NCBI GenBank assembly: GCA_050253415.1
Contig: JBFWJC010000001.1
Location: 288,001-352,000, forward strand
Source of the DNA: Pedobacter sp.
Lineage (GTDB): Bacteria; Desulfobacterota; Desulfuromonadia; Desulfuromonadales; Syntrophotaleaceae
Direction of reading: 5' to 3'
Length of the DNA stretch: 64,000 nucleotides
Shown piece after piece: positions 32,294-43,009 of this stretch (position 1 is its first letter; each line of letters begins with the position of its first letter). The position numbers and the translations under genes were made by a program. The notes beneath the pieces are model-generated. The model ran no database searches, was not told the DNA's origin, and saw only the letters and a list, made by a program, of their open reading frames with translations.

Positions 32294-33133
32294 ATGAAAT
32301 TTGCCAAAATGCACGGAGCCGGCAACGACTACGTCTATGTTAATTGCTTCGAGGAAAAGATTGACGAGCCTGCCGAAATGGCTCGCAAGGTCAGCAACCG
32401 CAACTTCGGCATCGGTTCGGACGGCCTGATCCTGATCCTTCCCTCCGAAGTGGCCGATGTGCGCATGCGCATGTTCAATTCAGACGGCAGCGAATCGGAG
32501 ATGTGCGGCAACGGCATCCGCTGCGTGGCCAAATATGCCTACGACCACCAGCTGGTAAGTAAAAAGGAAATCACCGCGGAAACCGGTGCCGGCATTCTTA
32601 CCCTGCAACTGTTTACCAACGACCGAGACAAAGTCGAACGGGTTCGCGTCAACATGGGCAAACCGCGCCTGACACGCGGTGAAATCCCCATGACAGGCAG
32701 TCCCGAAGAGCAGGTTGTCAACCAGGAACTGAAGGTCCTGGACCGTACCTTTCATATTACCTGCGCTTCCATGGGTAACCCGCATTGCATCATTTTCGTG
32801 GACAATGTCGATGAATTTCCGGTTGCCAAATACGGTCCGCTCATCGAGACCAATCCCATGTTTCCCAATCGTACCAATGTCGAGTTTATCGAAATCATCT
32901 CCCCCACCGAGATCAAACAGCGCACCTGGGAGCGCGGGGCCGGAGAAACCCTGGCCTGCGGAACCGGTTCCTCGGCAGTCACCGTCGCCTGCGTACTTAA
33001 CAACCGTACCGAGCGCCGGCTTCTCAATCACCTGCTGGGCGGCGACCTGGAGATGGAATGGGCCGAAGACGGCAGCGTTTACATGACCGGCCCGGCGGTT
33101 CAGGTATTCGAGGGAGTATTCGATCCCCAATGA
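32294..33133 (+). CDS. dapF: Diaminopimelate epimerase
   Basis: [17 protein letters not shown] and [13 protein letters not shown] motifs. Confidence 0.97.
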   Translation: MKFAKMHGAGNDYVYVNCFEEKIDEPAEMARKVSNRNFGIGSDGLILILPSEVADVRMRMFNSDGSESEMCGNGIRCVAKYAYDHQLVSKKEITAETGAGILTLQLFTNDRDKVERVRVNMGKPRLTRGEIPMTGSPEEQVVNQELKVLDRTFHITCASMGNPHCIIFVDNVDEFPVAKYGPLIETNPMFPNRTNVEFIEIISPTEIKQRTWERGAGETLACGTGSSAVTVACVLNNRTERRLLNHLLGGDLEMEWAEDGSVYMTGPAVQVFEGVFDPQ

Positions 33134-33549
33134 ACTGTCCCATGTGCACACGCTGGCAGGATCAGCCGCAGCTAAGAATTGCCGAGTTCGAGCATTGCTA
33201 CGCCATGTTGAACGGCGACCAGTTCTTCGCCGGCTATACCCTGCTGTTCACCAAGGCCCATGTTACCGAACTCTTTCATCTGCAGCCGGTAGTTCGCCAG
33301 GCGGTCATGGAGGAGGTCAACCGGATGGCGGCCGCCCTGGCGGCCGTCTATCAACCGGCCAAGATGAATTACGAACTGCTTGGTAACATGGTGCCCCACA
33401 TGCACTGGCATCTGGTGCCGAGGCAGACTACCGATGCGCTGTGGCCGCGTCCCATCTGGAGCGAACCCCACGCCGAGAGCCTGCTGTCCGACGACGGTTA
33501 TGGTCAGGCGATTCGCAGCATCCGTAGTGCCCTCGGGCTGATGGACTAA
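33130..33549 (+). CDS. HIT family protein
   Basis: [11 protein letters not shown] histidine triad. Confidence 0.9.
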   Translation: MNCPMCTRWQDQPQLRIAEFEHCYAMLNGDQFFAGYTLLFTKAHVTELFHLQPVVRQAVMEEVNRMAAALAAVYQPAKMNYELLGNMVPHMHWHLVPRQTTDALWPRPIWSEPHAESLLSDDGYGQAIRSIRSALGLMD

Positions 33550-33652
33550 CTGGTTTTCATCCGGGAAAGGGCCGTTTCCCCAATGAAAACTGCGCTGTGC
33601 CCAGCCGGAGTTTCCGGTTGGAAGCTAACTACAAGGGATAAAAATCACGCAT

Positions 33653-34327
33653 ATGGAATGCATCCTGTTCGACCTCGATAACACCCTCTATCCGCCACGC
33701 TGCGACCTGTTCGGGCTTATCGATAAACGCATCAACAGCTACATGCACGACGTGGTGGGAATTCCGCTGGAGGATGTTGATACCCTGCGCCGGCGATACT
33801 GGCAAACCTACGGTGTCACCATGCAGGGACTCATGCGGCATCACCAGGTCGACCCCGAGGACTACCTGTATTATGTGCATGACGTAGATGTGGCCAGCCG
33901 ACTGCAGGTCGAACCTGAATTGAGACAGGCGCTGATTTCGCTGCCCCAGGCCAAGGTTATTTTTACCAACAGCTGTCGCTCCCACACCGACCGCGTGCTG
34001 GAGGCGCTGGGAGTCGCCGATCTGTTCGACCAGGTGTTCGATATCCGGGTGGCCGACTATATGCCAAAACCCTATCTCCAGCCGTATCACCGGGTGCTTG
34101 AACATCTCGGGCTGACAGGCAGTCAGTGCATCATGGTCGAAGACAGCGTTGCCAATCTCAAACCGGCCAAGGATCTCGGTATGACGACCATTCTGGTCGG
34201 CAACGCCACCCCCGGGCCTTTCGTCGACCGGCAACTGGACGAAGTCGTGCAATTGCCGGCCGCCCTGGCCGACGGCATGACAGCTTGCAGCAGCACGGGC
34301 AGCCAGCCTGTGGTTGCGGGGGAATGA
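33653..34327 (+). CDS. Pyrimidine 5'-nucleotidase, HAD family
   Basis: FDLDNTLY, KP and VED motifs. Confidence 0.85.
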   Translation: MECILFDLDNTLYPPRCDLFGLIDKRINSYMHDVVGIPLEDVDTLRRRYWQTYGVTMQGLMRHHQVDPEDYLYYVHDVDVASRLQVEPELRQALISLPQAKVIFTNSCRSHTDRVLEALGVADLFDQVFDIRVADYMPKPYLQPYHRVLEHLGLTGSQCIMVEDSVANLKPAKDLGMTTILVGNATPGPFVDRQLDEVVQLPAALADGMTACSSTGSQPVVAGE

Positions 34328-35175
34328 GCATGTTGCTGGGAGCCCACGTGTCGATTGCCGGCGGGGTCAGCCGCGCTTTTCAGCGCGCGTCGGATATTGG
34401 TGCTACCGCTATGCAGGTTTTCACCAAAAACGCCAACCGCTGGCAGGCCAGCCCCCTGCCCGCCAAAGAGATCAAAGCTTTTGCGGCGGCCTGGCAAACC
34501 AGTGACGTGGCATCGGTCATCGCCCACGACAGCTACCTCATCAATCTGGCGGCACCCGAGGGGGAGAACCGTACCCGCTCGATGGCAGCCTTTATCGATG
34601 AAATGGAACGCTGCGCCCAGCTCGGCATCGGCGGATTGGTTATGCATCCGGGAGCCCATCTCGACGCCGGCGAAGAGATCGGTCTGCAGCGCATCGCCGA
34701 AGCTCTGCGCAGCATCTTCGCCGCCGCACCGCCGCAGGTGACGATCCTGTTAGAAAACACCGCCGGTCAGGGCAGCTATCTCGGTTATCGTTTCGAACAC
34801 CTGGCGGCTATCATGGAACAGGTGCCGCAGGGACGCTTCGGCGTCTGTCTCGACACCTGCCATGCCTTCGCCGCCGGCTATGATTTAAGTTCGGCCGAAG
34901 GCTATCAAACGGTAATGGAGGAATGTCAGCGCCTCATCGGCATCGAACGCATCGCCGCTTTTCATCTCAACGATTCGCAGAAAGCCCAGGGATCGCGGGT
35001 CGACCGGCATGCCCACATCGGCCAGGGCTGTATCGCCCTGGATGCGTTTGCCGCGCTGATGCAGGATGCGCGGTTCGCCGCCGTGCCCAAGATCCTTGAA
35101 ACCGCTCCGGGCGAGAACAACTGCCACCACCTGGAAGAATTGGCCCTTTTGCGCCAATTGGCGCAGCAGTCATGA
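34324..35175 (+). CDS. nfo: Endonuclease IV
   Basis: [25 protein letters not shown] and DRHAHIG motifs. Confidence 0.95.
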   Translation: MSMLLGAHVSIAGGVSRAFQRASDIGATAMQVFTKNANRWQASPLPAKEIKAFAAAWQTSDVASVIAHDSYLINLAAPEGENRTRSMAAFIDEMERCAQLGIGGLVMHPGAHLDAGEEIGLQRIAEALRSIFAAAPPQVTILLENTAGQGSYLGYRFEHLAAIMEQVPQGRFGVCLDTCHAFAAGYDLSSAEGYQTVMEECQRLIGIERIAAFHLNDSQKAQGSRVDRHAHIGQGCIALDAFAALMQDARFAAVPKILETAPGENNCHHLEELALLRQLAQQS

Positions 35176-35621
35176 GAGCGGTGCTGCAACGGGTAACGCA
35201 GGCCCACGTCAGTGTCGATGGCGAGATCGTCGGCGCCATCGATCAGGGGCTGATGGTTTTGCTCGGCGTGGAGCAGGGGGATGGGCAACAGGACGTTGCA
35301 CAACTGGCCAAAAAGACCGCCGAACTGCGCCTGTTTGAGGATGCCGACGGTAAAATGAATCTTTCGGTGGAGGATATTGGCGGGCAGCTGTTGGTGGTCT
35401 CCCAATTCACCCTGGCAGCCGATTGCCGCAAGGGGCGCCGCCCCGGTTTTTCACGTGCCGCGCCCCCCGAAATCGCCGAAACCCTGTATCTTGATTATAT
35501 CGAACAACTGCGTCAGCGCGGCCTGAGCGTGGCCACTGGCCGGTTCCAGGCCATGATGCAGGTACACCTGGTCAACGATGGCCCGGTTACTTTTCTTCTC
35601 GACAGCCATAAGGTATTTTGA
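35172..35621 (+). CDS. dtd: D-aminoacyl-tRNA deacylase
   Basis: [13 protein letters not shown] and NDGPVT motifs. Confidence 0.96.
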   Translation: MRAVLQRVTQAHVSVDGEIVGAIDQGLMVLLGVEQGDGQQDVAQLAKKTAELRLFEDADGKMNLSVEDIGGQLLVVSQFTLAADCRKGRRPGFSRAAPPEIAETLYLDYIEQLRQRGLSVATGRFQAMMQVHLVNDGPVTFLLDSHKVF

Positions 35622-36127
35622 TGGACGATTTTGAACAAGAAAGACCACCGAGCCGCAGCGCCCTGAAACGTGCCGCCAAAGCCGTGGAAGAGATGGCTGC
35701 CCGCCTGGCCGATTTGGGCGATGGCGATTTCAAGCGATTGCCCCTGACCGGCGAGATCCGTGAAGGGATCGAAGAAACACGGCGCTTCAAGTCGCATAAC
35801 AGTGCCCGCAAGCGCCAACTCAAGCATCTGGCCGGATTGCTGCGAAGCGATGCAGACGCCGTACAGGTGGCAGAGGAGTTCCTCGCGGAGATTCAGACTG
35901 GCCGGCACAAAGAGGCTGCCGATTTCCATCACATCGAAGCCTTGCGTGAGCGGCTCTGCGATGCGGAGCAGTTCGATGCTGCCCTGGAAGAGGTGCGCCA
36001 GAACATGCCCGGGGTGAATCTCGCCAAGATCCAGCGATTGGCCGAAAGCGCCCGTGTCCACAGCGACCGGCGTGCCTTCCGTGAGCTGTTCCGGATTCTG
36101 AAAGCCGCCGACTCCGGAGATAACTGA
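35621..36127 (+). CDS. yjgA: Ribosome-associated protein YjgA/DarP
   Basis: PSRSALKR, ARKRQLK and RELFR motifs. Confidence 0.8.
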   Translation: MDDFEQERPPSRSALKRAAKAVEEMAARLADLGDGDFKRLPLTGEIREGIEETRRFKSHNSARKRQLKHLAGLLRSDADAVQVAEEFLAEIQTGRHKEAADFHHIEALRERLCDAEQFDAALEEVRQNMPGVNLAKIQRLAESARVHSDRRAFRELFRILKAADSGDN

Positions 36128-36150
36128 AGATTCTGCGTGGGAGATGAAAA

Positions 36151-36392
36151 ATTCATTCACCACGAAGAGAACGAAGGCCACGAAGAGAAACAAATTCAAA
36201 AAAACCGGCGGTTTGGCGTCCATATAGGCCGACAGGCTTCCAGTAAGTCTCTTTAAATTGTTTTTACTGCGATATACAGGATGCACAGGATTAAAAGCAT
36301 AGGCCTTGGGTTTGTACTTTTATCCTGAATATCCTGACCATCCCTGTTCGTTGGGATTTGTCGTTATTTGGTGTCCTTCGTGGTAAATGAAT
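36151..36392. repeat. Nested palindromic intergenic element
   Basis: Outer IR ATTCATTCACCACGAAG / CTTCGTGGTAAATGAAT (16/17 match); inner CAGGAT..ATCCTG IRs; iterated ACGAAG. Confidence 0.7.
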
Positions 36393-36451
36393 AGACGTGT
36401 CGTTGCCTATGACCTGCTCCAGGGCTGGGTGACGTGGAACCGCTGTATAAC

Positions 36452-36482
36452 AAAAAAGGACCGATGTTCGCACATCGGTCCT
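36452..36482 (-). terminator. Intrinsic terminator of trxA
   Basis: AGGACCGATGT/ACATCGGTCCT stem plus T run on the minus strand. Confidence 0.85.
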
Positions 36483-36511
36483 CGTTTACGCATTTTGTGG
36501 CCAGGTTATGC

Positions 36512-36841
36512 TTAGAGGGCCTTTTTGATCAGGGTTTCGAGCTGCCCCTTGGGAACGGCACCGACTACCTGATCGACGATTACGCCGTCTTTGAACAGGA
36601 TCAGCGTCGGAATGCCGCGCACGCCGTAGTTGCTGGGAGTGGCGGGGTTTTCATCGACATTGATCTTGGCGATTTTGACCTGTCCGGCAAACTGGGTGGC
36701 CAATTCCTCGAGGGCCGGTGCAATGGCTTTGCAGGGACCGCACCAGGAAGCCCAGAAGTCTACCAATACGGGTTCGCCGGATTTCAGAACATCGGCTTCG
36801 AAATTGCTATCAGAAAGATGTACAATGTTGTCGCTTGCCAT
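36512..36841 (-). CDS. trxA: Thioredoxin
   Basis: WCGPC active site. Confidence 0.97.
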   Translation of the reverse strand: MASDNIVHLSDSNFEADVLKSGEPVLVDFWASWCGPCKAIAPALEELATQFAGQVKIAKINVDENPATPSNYGVRGIPTLILFKDGVIVDQVVGAVPKGQLETLIKKAL

Positions 36842-37030
36842 CGATATCTTCTCCTTGTAAATAAAAAGTTAACGTGTCACCCTTTAAATATTCGATAAGT
36901 ATGTTCCATCATAAAAGAGCCTAAGAAAAAAGCAAGATCTTATTCCACTCTGGCCGTTTACAGCTTGCCCTTGACACGCCGGATGGCCCAACCTATCATT
37001 CTTCGAAATTTGCAGGCAAGGGCGCATTCT

Positions 37031-37609
37031 ATGATGCTACAGGATAAAATCAGTAAATCGCTGCGGGATCACACCGCCGTTCTGGAAGAAACTTTTCTCA
37101 TGCAGGCCAACGAGCTGGTGACCTTTGCCAGCCAGGTCGCGGAGATTTTCAACCGTGGCGGCCGTCTGATGGTCGTTGGCAGCGGTCCGCTTTGTTCCAT
37201 CGCCAATCTGGTCGCTAACCTGTTCCGTTACCGGCTCAACATCGAGCGCCCGGCGCTGCCGGCGTTGTCCCTGTGTCAGGATATGCCACTGGCCGCTTCC
37301 CTGGCCAAGGACGGACGTAGCGGCGCGTTTTTCGCCCAGCAGCTTCAGCTTATCGCCAACGAAGGCGATGCGGTTCTGGCGCTCGGGGACGTTTCGCATA
37401 ACGAGGCGATTCTGGATGGTCTGGCCGAAGCCCGTGAGCGCGGTTGCATTACCGCCGCGCTGCTGCCGGAAAAAGAAGAAATCAATGGCGATGGTCCGCA
37501 CTTCCTGTTTCGGCTGTCCACCGATTCCGTTGGTCGTGCGGCGGAAACGGGGCTGTTTTTCGGCCACCTGCTGTGCGAGCTTGTCGAAGGGGAACTGTTC
37601 GGCATCTGA
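37031..37609 (+). CDS. SIS-domain protein (GmhA/DiaA-like)
   Basis: ERPALPALSL, F..QL..GD and GHLLCELVE resemble GmhA, but the GNGGS motif is degenerate. Confidence 0.7.
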   Translation: MMLQDKISKSLRDHTAVLEETFLMQANELVTFASQVAEIFNRGGRLMVVGSGPLCSIANLVANLFRYRLNIERPALPALSLCQDMPLAASLAKDGRSGAFFAQQLQLIANEGDAVLALGDVSHNEAILDGLAEARERGCITAALLPEKEEINGDGPHFLFRLSTDSVGRAAETGLFFGHLLCELVEGELFGI

Positions 37610-37632
37610 TGTCCGCAGCAAGGAGTGAGCTC

Positions 37633-38298
37633 ATGCCTGAATATCCCATTGTGCTGCAACTGGCCGGAAAAGATTGTGTGGTAGTGGGGAGCGGGCCCGT
37701 TGGCATGCGCAAGGTCCGTGGCCTGCTATCCGCCGGTGCGCGGGTGCGACTGGTCAGCCCGACCGGATTGCAACAACCCGGTCAGGAAAACGTTGAAATC
37801 ATTCCCCGCGCCTTTTGTCCCGGCGACCTTGACGGTGCCTGTCTGGTGTTTGCTGCTACCGGCGATAACGACAGTGACCGGGCGGTGGCTACGGAAGCCC
37901 GGAGCCTGGGAATTCCCGTGTGTCTGGCCGGCTTGCCGGAGGAAGGTGATTTCAGCCTGCCGGCGGTACTGCATCGGGGAGATCTGACCGTGGCGGTGAC
38001 CACCGCGGGGCGTAGCCCGGCATTGGCAACCCTGGTGCGGGATCAATTGGAAGCGCTTTTGCCGGATACCTGGGCGATCCTCCTGGATATCGCCGCCGCA
38101 GTGCGTCAGCGCGCGCTTTCCGACCCGGACATCATCGATTACAACACGGAAAAACTGCGTCACCTGCTGAGCGGATCGTTGCTCGAACTGCTGGCAGTCC
38201 ACGATGTGGTAGCGGTTGATCGATGGCTGCAACATGTCTTCGGCCCATCCTGGAGTCTGGCGTCTCTTGGGATCAAACTGCCGGAAAGGAATCCATGA
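37633..38298 (+). CDS. Precorrin-2 dehydrogenase/sirohydrochlorin ferrochelatase (SirC, CysG N-terminal type)
   Basis: VVGSGPVG..K, GDFSLPAV and VTTAGRSP motifs. Confidence 0.88.
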   Translation: MPEYPIVLQLAGKDCVVVGSGPVGMRKVRGLLSAGARVRLVSPTGLQQPGQENVEIIPRAFCPGDLDGACLVFAATGDNDSDRAVATEARSLGIPVCLAGLPEEGDFSLPAVLHRGDLTVAVTTAGRSPALATLVRDQLEALLPDTWAILLDIAAAVRQRALSDPDIIDYNTEKLRHLLSGSLLELLAVHDVVAVDRWLQHVFGPSWSLASLGIKLPERNP

Positions 38299-39131
38299 CC
38301 ATCGATCTGCTGCTGTTTCGAACAACTTTGGCCATTTACGCCGTGGCGACGGGGCTGGCTCTGACCGACATCATGTGGCGCCGCCCCGCCATCGGCCGTC
38401 ACAGTCGCGTTCTGCTGTGGAGCGGTTTCGGCCTGCATTGCCTGACCCTGGTCAACCGCTACCTGGCGACGGGTTTTCTACCCCTGTCGAGCCTGCATGA
38501 ATCGCTGTCGTTTTTCGCCTGGGCCATTGTCGGGACCTATCTGCTGTTCCACATGCGTTATCGCCTGGCGGTGCTCGGTGCCTTCGTCACGCCGCTGGCG
38601 CTGGTTTTGATGATTTTCGGCAGTACCGTGCCGATGGCCAGCGCACCTTTGAATCCCTCTCTGCAGAGCGTGTGGTTGCCGGTGCATGTGGGACTGGCGT
38701 TTCTCGGCGATGCGGTATTCGCACTGGCGGCGGTGGCCGGCGGGTTGTATCTGCTGCAGGAGCGCATGCTCAAGAAAAAAAAGGTGTCGTCCCTGTTTTA
38801 TCGACTCCCGTCCCTGCAGACCCTGGACAATCTCAACCACCGTTGTCTGAGCATCGGTTTTCCCCTCATGACCCTCGGCATCATTACCGGGGCGATCTGG
38901 GCCGACCAGGTCTGGGGTGCCTATTGGAGTTGGGATCCCAAGGAAACCTGGGCACTGATCACCTGGTTTTTGTACGCCGCGCTGCTGCATGGCCGTCTGG
39001 CTATCGGCTGGCGGGGGCGCAAGGCCTCGATCCTCGCCATCCTCGGTTTTGCTTGCCTGCTGTTTACGTTTTTCGGGGTTAACCTGCTGCTCTCCGGCCT
39101 GCACAGTTACGCCACTTTCGGAACACCCTGA
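38295..39131 (+). CDS. ccsA: Cytochrome c assembly protein CcsA/ResC (HemX-like)
   Basis: WWD-domain motif GAIWADQVWGAYWSWDPKETW and C-terminal GLHSY. Confidence 0.85.
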   Translation: MTIDLLLFRTTLAIYAVATGLALTDIMWRRPAIGRHSRVLLWSGFGLHCLTLVNRYLATGFLPLSSLHESLSFFAWAIVGTYLLFHMRYRLAVLGAFVTPLALVLMIFGSTVPMASAPLNPSLQSVWLPVHVGLAFLGDAVFALAAVAGGLYLLQERMLKKKKVSSLFYRLPSLQTLDNLNHRCLSIGFPLMTLGIITGAIWADQVWGAYWSWDPKETWALITWFLYAALLHGRLAIGWRGRKASILAILGFACLLFTFFGVNLLLSGLHSYATFGTP

Positions 39132-39158
39132 CATGCTTACAAGGAACCCTGCCGTTTC

Positions 39159-40502
39159 ATGAATTTTCTGGTCATAGGCCTCAGCTACAAAACCGCTCCG
39201 GTGGAATTGCGGGAACGCCTGAGTTTCACCTCTGGCGACCCGGGCACCGTGTTACGCGCCATTACAGCTTTGTCCGGCATTACCGAGGGGATGATTCTGT
39301 CGACCTGCAACCGGGTCGAGGTGTATGCCGCCGCCCAGGACCCGGCGCTTGGCTGTGCCCGTCTGCAGCGCTTTCTGGCCGAGCATCACCAGCTCGATGA
39401 GGCCCAGCTCAAACCGCATCTGTATATCCATAGTGGCCGGGATGCCATCCGACACCTGTTCCGGGTGGCTTCCAGTCTCGATTCCATGATCCTTGGCGAG
39501 CCCCAGGTTCTCGGTCAGCTCAAGGAGGCCTACACCCAGGCCGGGTCCAGCTGTACCGCCGGACCGGTGCTCAATCGTCTGTTGCCGCGCGCCTTCGCAG
39601 CCGCCAAGCGGGTCCGCAACGAAACTTCCATCGCCCAGCATGCGGTTTCGGTGTCCTTTGCCGCGGTGGAACTGGCGCGCAAGATCTTTGGTGATCTGGC
39701 CGGTAAAACCGTGATGATCGTCGGGGCCGGTAAAATGTGCGAATTGGCGGCGCGGCATCTGACGGGCCAGAAAATCGGCGAGGTGCTGGTGACCAATCGC
39801 ACCCTTTCGCGCGCCCAGGCGTTGGCCGAACAATTCGGCGGACGTCCGGTGCCGTTTGCCGAATTCCCCCTGTTTCTGCACCAGGCCGATATCGTGCTGA
39901 CCTCCACGGCGGCCGGCGGCGTGCTGTTGACCCGTGCCCAGCTGGAGCAGATCATTCGCCAGCGCAAAAATCGACCCATGTTCCTCATCGATATCGCCGT
40001 GCCGCGCAATATCGATCCGGAAGCCAACCATATCGACAACGTCTACCTGTATGACATCGACGATCTCAACGGCGTTATCGAGACCAATCTGCGCGAACGA
40101 CGCAAGGCCGCCAAAAAAGCCGAAGACATCATCGAACAGGAAATCATCCGCTTTTACAGCTGGCTGCGCAGCCTGGAAGCCACCCCCATGATCGTTGCGC
40201 TGCGCCAGCAGGCGGAAGACATCCGCCAGCAGGAAACAGCCAAAACCCTCGGCAGTCTTCAACATCTCGAAGCGGCCGATCGTCGTGCCGTCGAGGCGTT
40301 GACCCGCTCCATCGTCAACAAGATGCTGCATCCGCCCGTTACCGCTCTCAAGCGTATCGGCGACGACATTACCGGGGAAATCTACCTGGAAGCCGTCCGG
40401 CGGCTGTTCGATCTGCCTGCCGACCAGCCTGCCGACCCGCAACCGACCCAGCCCGCTCCCCTCGAGGAGGTGGGCGATACGAAACAGGATACTTCTTCAT
40501 GA
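39159..40502 (+). CDS. hemA: Glutamyl-tRNA reductase
   Basis: STCNRVE, GEPQVLGQ and DIAVPRNI motifs. Confidence 0.97.
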   Translation: MNFLVIGLSYKTAPVELRERLSFTSGDPGTVLRAITALSGITEGMILSTCNRVEVYAAAQDPALGCARLQRFLAEHHQLDEAQLKPHLYIHSGRDAIRHLFRVASSLDSMILGEPQVLGQLKEAYTQAGSSCTAGPVLNRLLPRAFAAAKRVRNETSIAQHAVSVSFAAVELARKIFGDLAGKTVMIVGAGKMCELAARHLTGQKIGEVLVTNRTLSRAQALAEQFGGRPVPFAEFPLFLHQADIVLTSTAAGGVLLTRAQLEQIIRQRKNRPMFLIDIAVPRNIDPEANHIDNVYLYDIDDLNGVIETNLRERRKAAKKAEDIIEQEIIRFYSWLRSLEATPMIVALRQQAEDIRQQETAKTLGSLQHLEAADRRAVEALTRSIVNKMLHPPVTALKRIGDDITGEIYLEAVRRLFDLPADQPADPQPTQPAPLEEVGDTKQDTSS

Positions 40503-41452
40503 CCGCACATACTTTGCGCATCGGCACCCGCGCCAGTCGCCTGGCCCTCTGGCAGGCCGAGTGGGTGCAACAACAACTGCAACAGCTGCATCCGGGATTG
40601 ACCGTTTCCCTGGTGCCGATTACCACCAAAGGGGATAAGATCCTCGATGTCCCGTTGGCCAAGGTCGGCGGCAAGGGCCTGTTCGTCAAGGAACTTGAAG
40701 AAGCGTTGTACGACGGCAGCGTCGATCTGGCGGTGCATTCCATGAAAGATGTCCCCTCGGTGCTGCCGCCGGGACTGATACTGCCTTGCATACCTCCCCG
40801 TGAGGATCCCCGCGATGCCCTGGTTACACCGGACGGCCGCGGCTTTGCGCAGTTGCCCCAGGGGGCGCGTATCGGTACCTCGGCTTTGCGTCGCCAGGCC
40901 CAATTGCTGGCCCAGCGCCCCGATCTGACTATCGTATCGTTGCGGGGTAATGTCGAAACCCGGCTGCGCAAGATGGATGAGGAGCAGCTCGACGGCATCG
41001 TGCTGGCCGCCGCCGGCCTCAAACGCCTGGAACTGGCGGATCGCATCAGCGAGTATCTGCCGACCGATCTGAGTCTGCCGGCCATCGGGCAAGGCGCCCT
41101 GGGACTGGAATGCCGTCAGGGCGATGACCGCACACTGGCCCTGATCGCGCCGTTGCACCATGCCGATACGGCGGTGGCGGTGACCGCCGAGCGCGCCTTT
41201 CTGCGTCGCCTCAATGGTGGTTGCCAGGTGCCGCTGGCGGCCCACGCCACAGTGGTGGGCGACCGGGTGAACATGGTCGGCCTGGTGGCCGAGGTCGATG
41301 GCAGCCGCCTGCTCAAGGACACCCTTGTTGCGCCGGTACCTGAGGCCGAAGCCGCCGGTCGGCAACTGGCCGAATCGTTGCTGGCGCAGGGGGCGGATAG
41401 GATCCTCGCGGCGCTCGACATCACTCCGGACCCATCGGCATTCTGTTCATGA
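40499..41452 (+). CDS. hemC: Hydroxymethylbilane synthase
   Basis: IGTRASRLA, GKGLFVKE, AVHSMKD and GGCQVP motifs. Confidence 0.97.
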   Translation: MTAHTLRIGTRASRLALWQAEWVQQQLQQLHPGLTVSLVPITTKGDKILDVPLAKVGGKGLFVKELEEALYDGSVDLAVHSMKDVPSVLPPGLILPCIPPREDPRDALVTPDGRGFAQLPQGARIGTSALRRQAQLLAQRPDLTIVSLRGNVETRLRKMDEEQLDGIVLAAAGLKRLELADRISEYLPTDLSLPAIGQGALGLECRQGDDRTLALIAPLHHADTAVAVTAERAFLRRLNGGCQVPLAAHATVVGDRVNMVGLVAEVDGSRLLKDTLVAPVPEAEAAGRQLAESLLAQGADRILAALDITPDPSAFCS

Positions 41453-42990
41453 CATTTCCAGCCAACAGCCCCAAGGGTATTGTCTACCTGGTCGGCGCCG
41501 GCCCCGGCGATCCCGGCCTGTTGACCGTGCGCGGGCTGCAGTGCCTGCGCCGCGCCGAAGTGGTGGTCTACGACTATCTGGCCAATCCGCAACTGCTCGC
41601 CGAAGCGCCGAGCGCGGCCGAGCGCATCTATGTCGGCAAAACCGCCGGTCACCATCACCTGCCCCAGGAGCAGATCAACGCCCTGCTGGTTGAAAAAGCC
41701 CGGCAAGGCAAGGTGGTGGTGCGGCTCAAGGGCGGAGATCCCTGCCTTTTCGGGCGTGGCGGCGAGGAAGCCTGCGAACTGGCCGAAGCGGGCATGCCCT
41801 TCGAGATCGTGCCGGGCGTGACGGCCGGTTTCGGGGCCGCTATTTACGCCGGCATTCCCCTCACCCACCGCGACTACACCACCAGCCTGGGGCTGATCAC
41901 CGGCCATGAGGATCCGACCAAAAAGGTATCCAGCCTCGATTGGTCGAAGCTGGCCACCGGCGTCGGCACTCTGCTGTTTTACATGGGGATGGGTAACCTG
42001 GCCACCATCACCCGCCAGTTGATGGCCCACGGTCGTTCCCCCGAGACCCCGGTGGCTGTCATCCGCTGGGGAACGACACCTCGCCAGCAGACCGTTATCG
42101 GCAGCCTGGCCGACATCGCCGACAAGGTGCAACAGGCCCGCCTGGGGCCGCCGGCCATCATCGTGGTGGGCGAAGTAGTGGAACTGCGCAAGCAACTGCG
42201 CTGGTTCGACAACCGCCCGCTGTTCGGTCGGCGCATCCTGGTGACGCGCGCCGCCGGTCAAGCCGGCGTGCTGACCGACGGACTGCAGGCCGCCGGGGCC
42301 GAAGCCATCTGCTGCCCGACCCTGGAGATCGTGCCACCGCCCGACTGGCAGGAACTGGACGAGGCCCTGCGACAGCTGCCGGCCACCAATTGCCTGGTGT
42401 TGACCTCGGTCAACGCAGCAGATCATTTCTTTGACCGGCTGTTTGCCCTGGGATACGACAGCCGCGACCTGCACGATATCTGCATCGTCGCGGTGGGCCC
42501 CAAAACCGCCGCTGCCCTCAAGCAACGTGGCCTGCGTGCCGACCTGCTGCCCGATCGGCAATGCGCCGAAGGAGTATTGGAGGAACTGCTTGCCCGGGGC
42601 GTGGCCGGTAAGCGCATCCTTTATCCGCGCAGCCAGCTGGCCCGCGATCTTCTGGTCACCGAACTGTCCGCTGCCGGCGCCGAGGTTTGCGCCCCGGTGG
42701 CCTACCAGACCCGCGTGGCCGCCGGAGCCGAAACTTTGCTGCGCGAGCAGTTGAGTCTTGGTGTCGATGCCGTGACTTTCGCATCCTCCTCGGCAGTGGA
42801 ACATTGCCTGGAAATGCTCGGGGATGATGCAGCGCAACTCCTGTCCGGCGTGACGATCGCCAGCCTCGGACCTCTTACCAGCGCCACCGTCCGGCGGCAC
42901 GGTCTGGAAGTAGCTGTCGAAGCTGCGGTGCCGACGGTGGAGGCGCTGATTGAGGCTTTGCAGGGGTATTTTGGTAAGCTGAAAGTATAG
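41449..42990 (+). CDS. cobA: Fused uroporphyrinogen-III C-methyltransferase/synthase (CobA-HemD)
   Basis: [12 protein letters not shown] and RLKGGDP; C-terminal HemD domain ([12 protein letters not shown]). Confidence 0.93.
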   Translation: MTFPANSPKGIVYLVGAGPGDPGLLTVRGLQCLRRAEVVVYDYLANPQLLAEAPSAAERIYVGKTAGHHHLPQEQINALLVEKARQGKVVVRLKGGDPCLFGRGGEEACELAEAGMPFEIVPGVTAGFGAAIYAGIPLTHRDYTTSLGLITGHEDPTKKVSSLDWSKLATGVGTLLFYMGMGNLATITRQLMAHGRSPETPVAVIRWGTTPRQQTVIGSLADIADKVQQARLGPPAIIVVGEVVELRKQLRWFDNRPLFGRRILVTRAAGQAGVLTDGLQAAGAEAICCPTLEIVPPPDWQELDEALRQLPATNCLVLTSVNAADHFFDRLFALGYDSRDLHDICIVAVGPKTAAALKQRGLRADLLPDRQCAEGVLEELLARGVAGKRILYPRSQLARDLLVTELSAAGAEVCAPVAYQTRVAAGAETLLREQLSLGVDAVTFASSSAVEHCLEMLGDDAAQLLSGVTIASLGPLTSATVRRHGLEVAVEAAVPTVEALIEALQGYFGKLKV

Positions 42991-43009
42991 GTTTTGCTGT
43001 TAATCCCCT

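Noticed and set aside
39252..42900. Long antisense ORFs opposite hemA, hemC and cobA (also 27315-28511)
   Set aside because: Shadow ORFs expected opposite high-GC genes with strong sense-strand identity.
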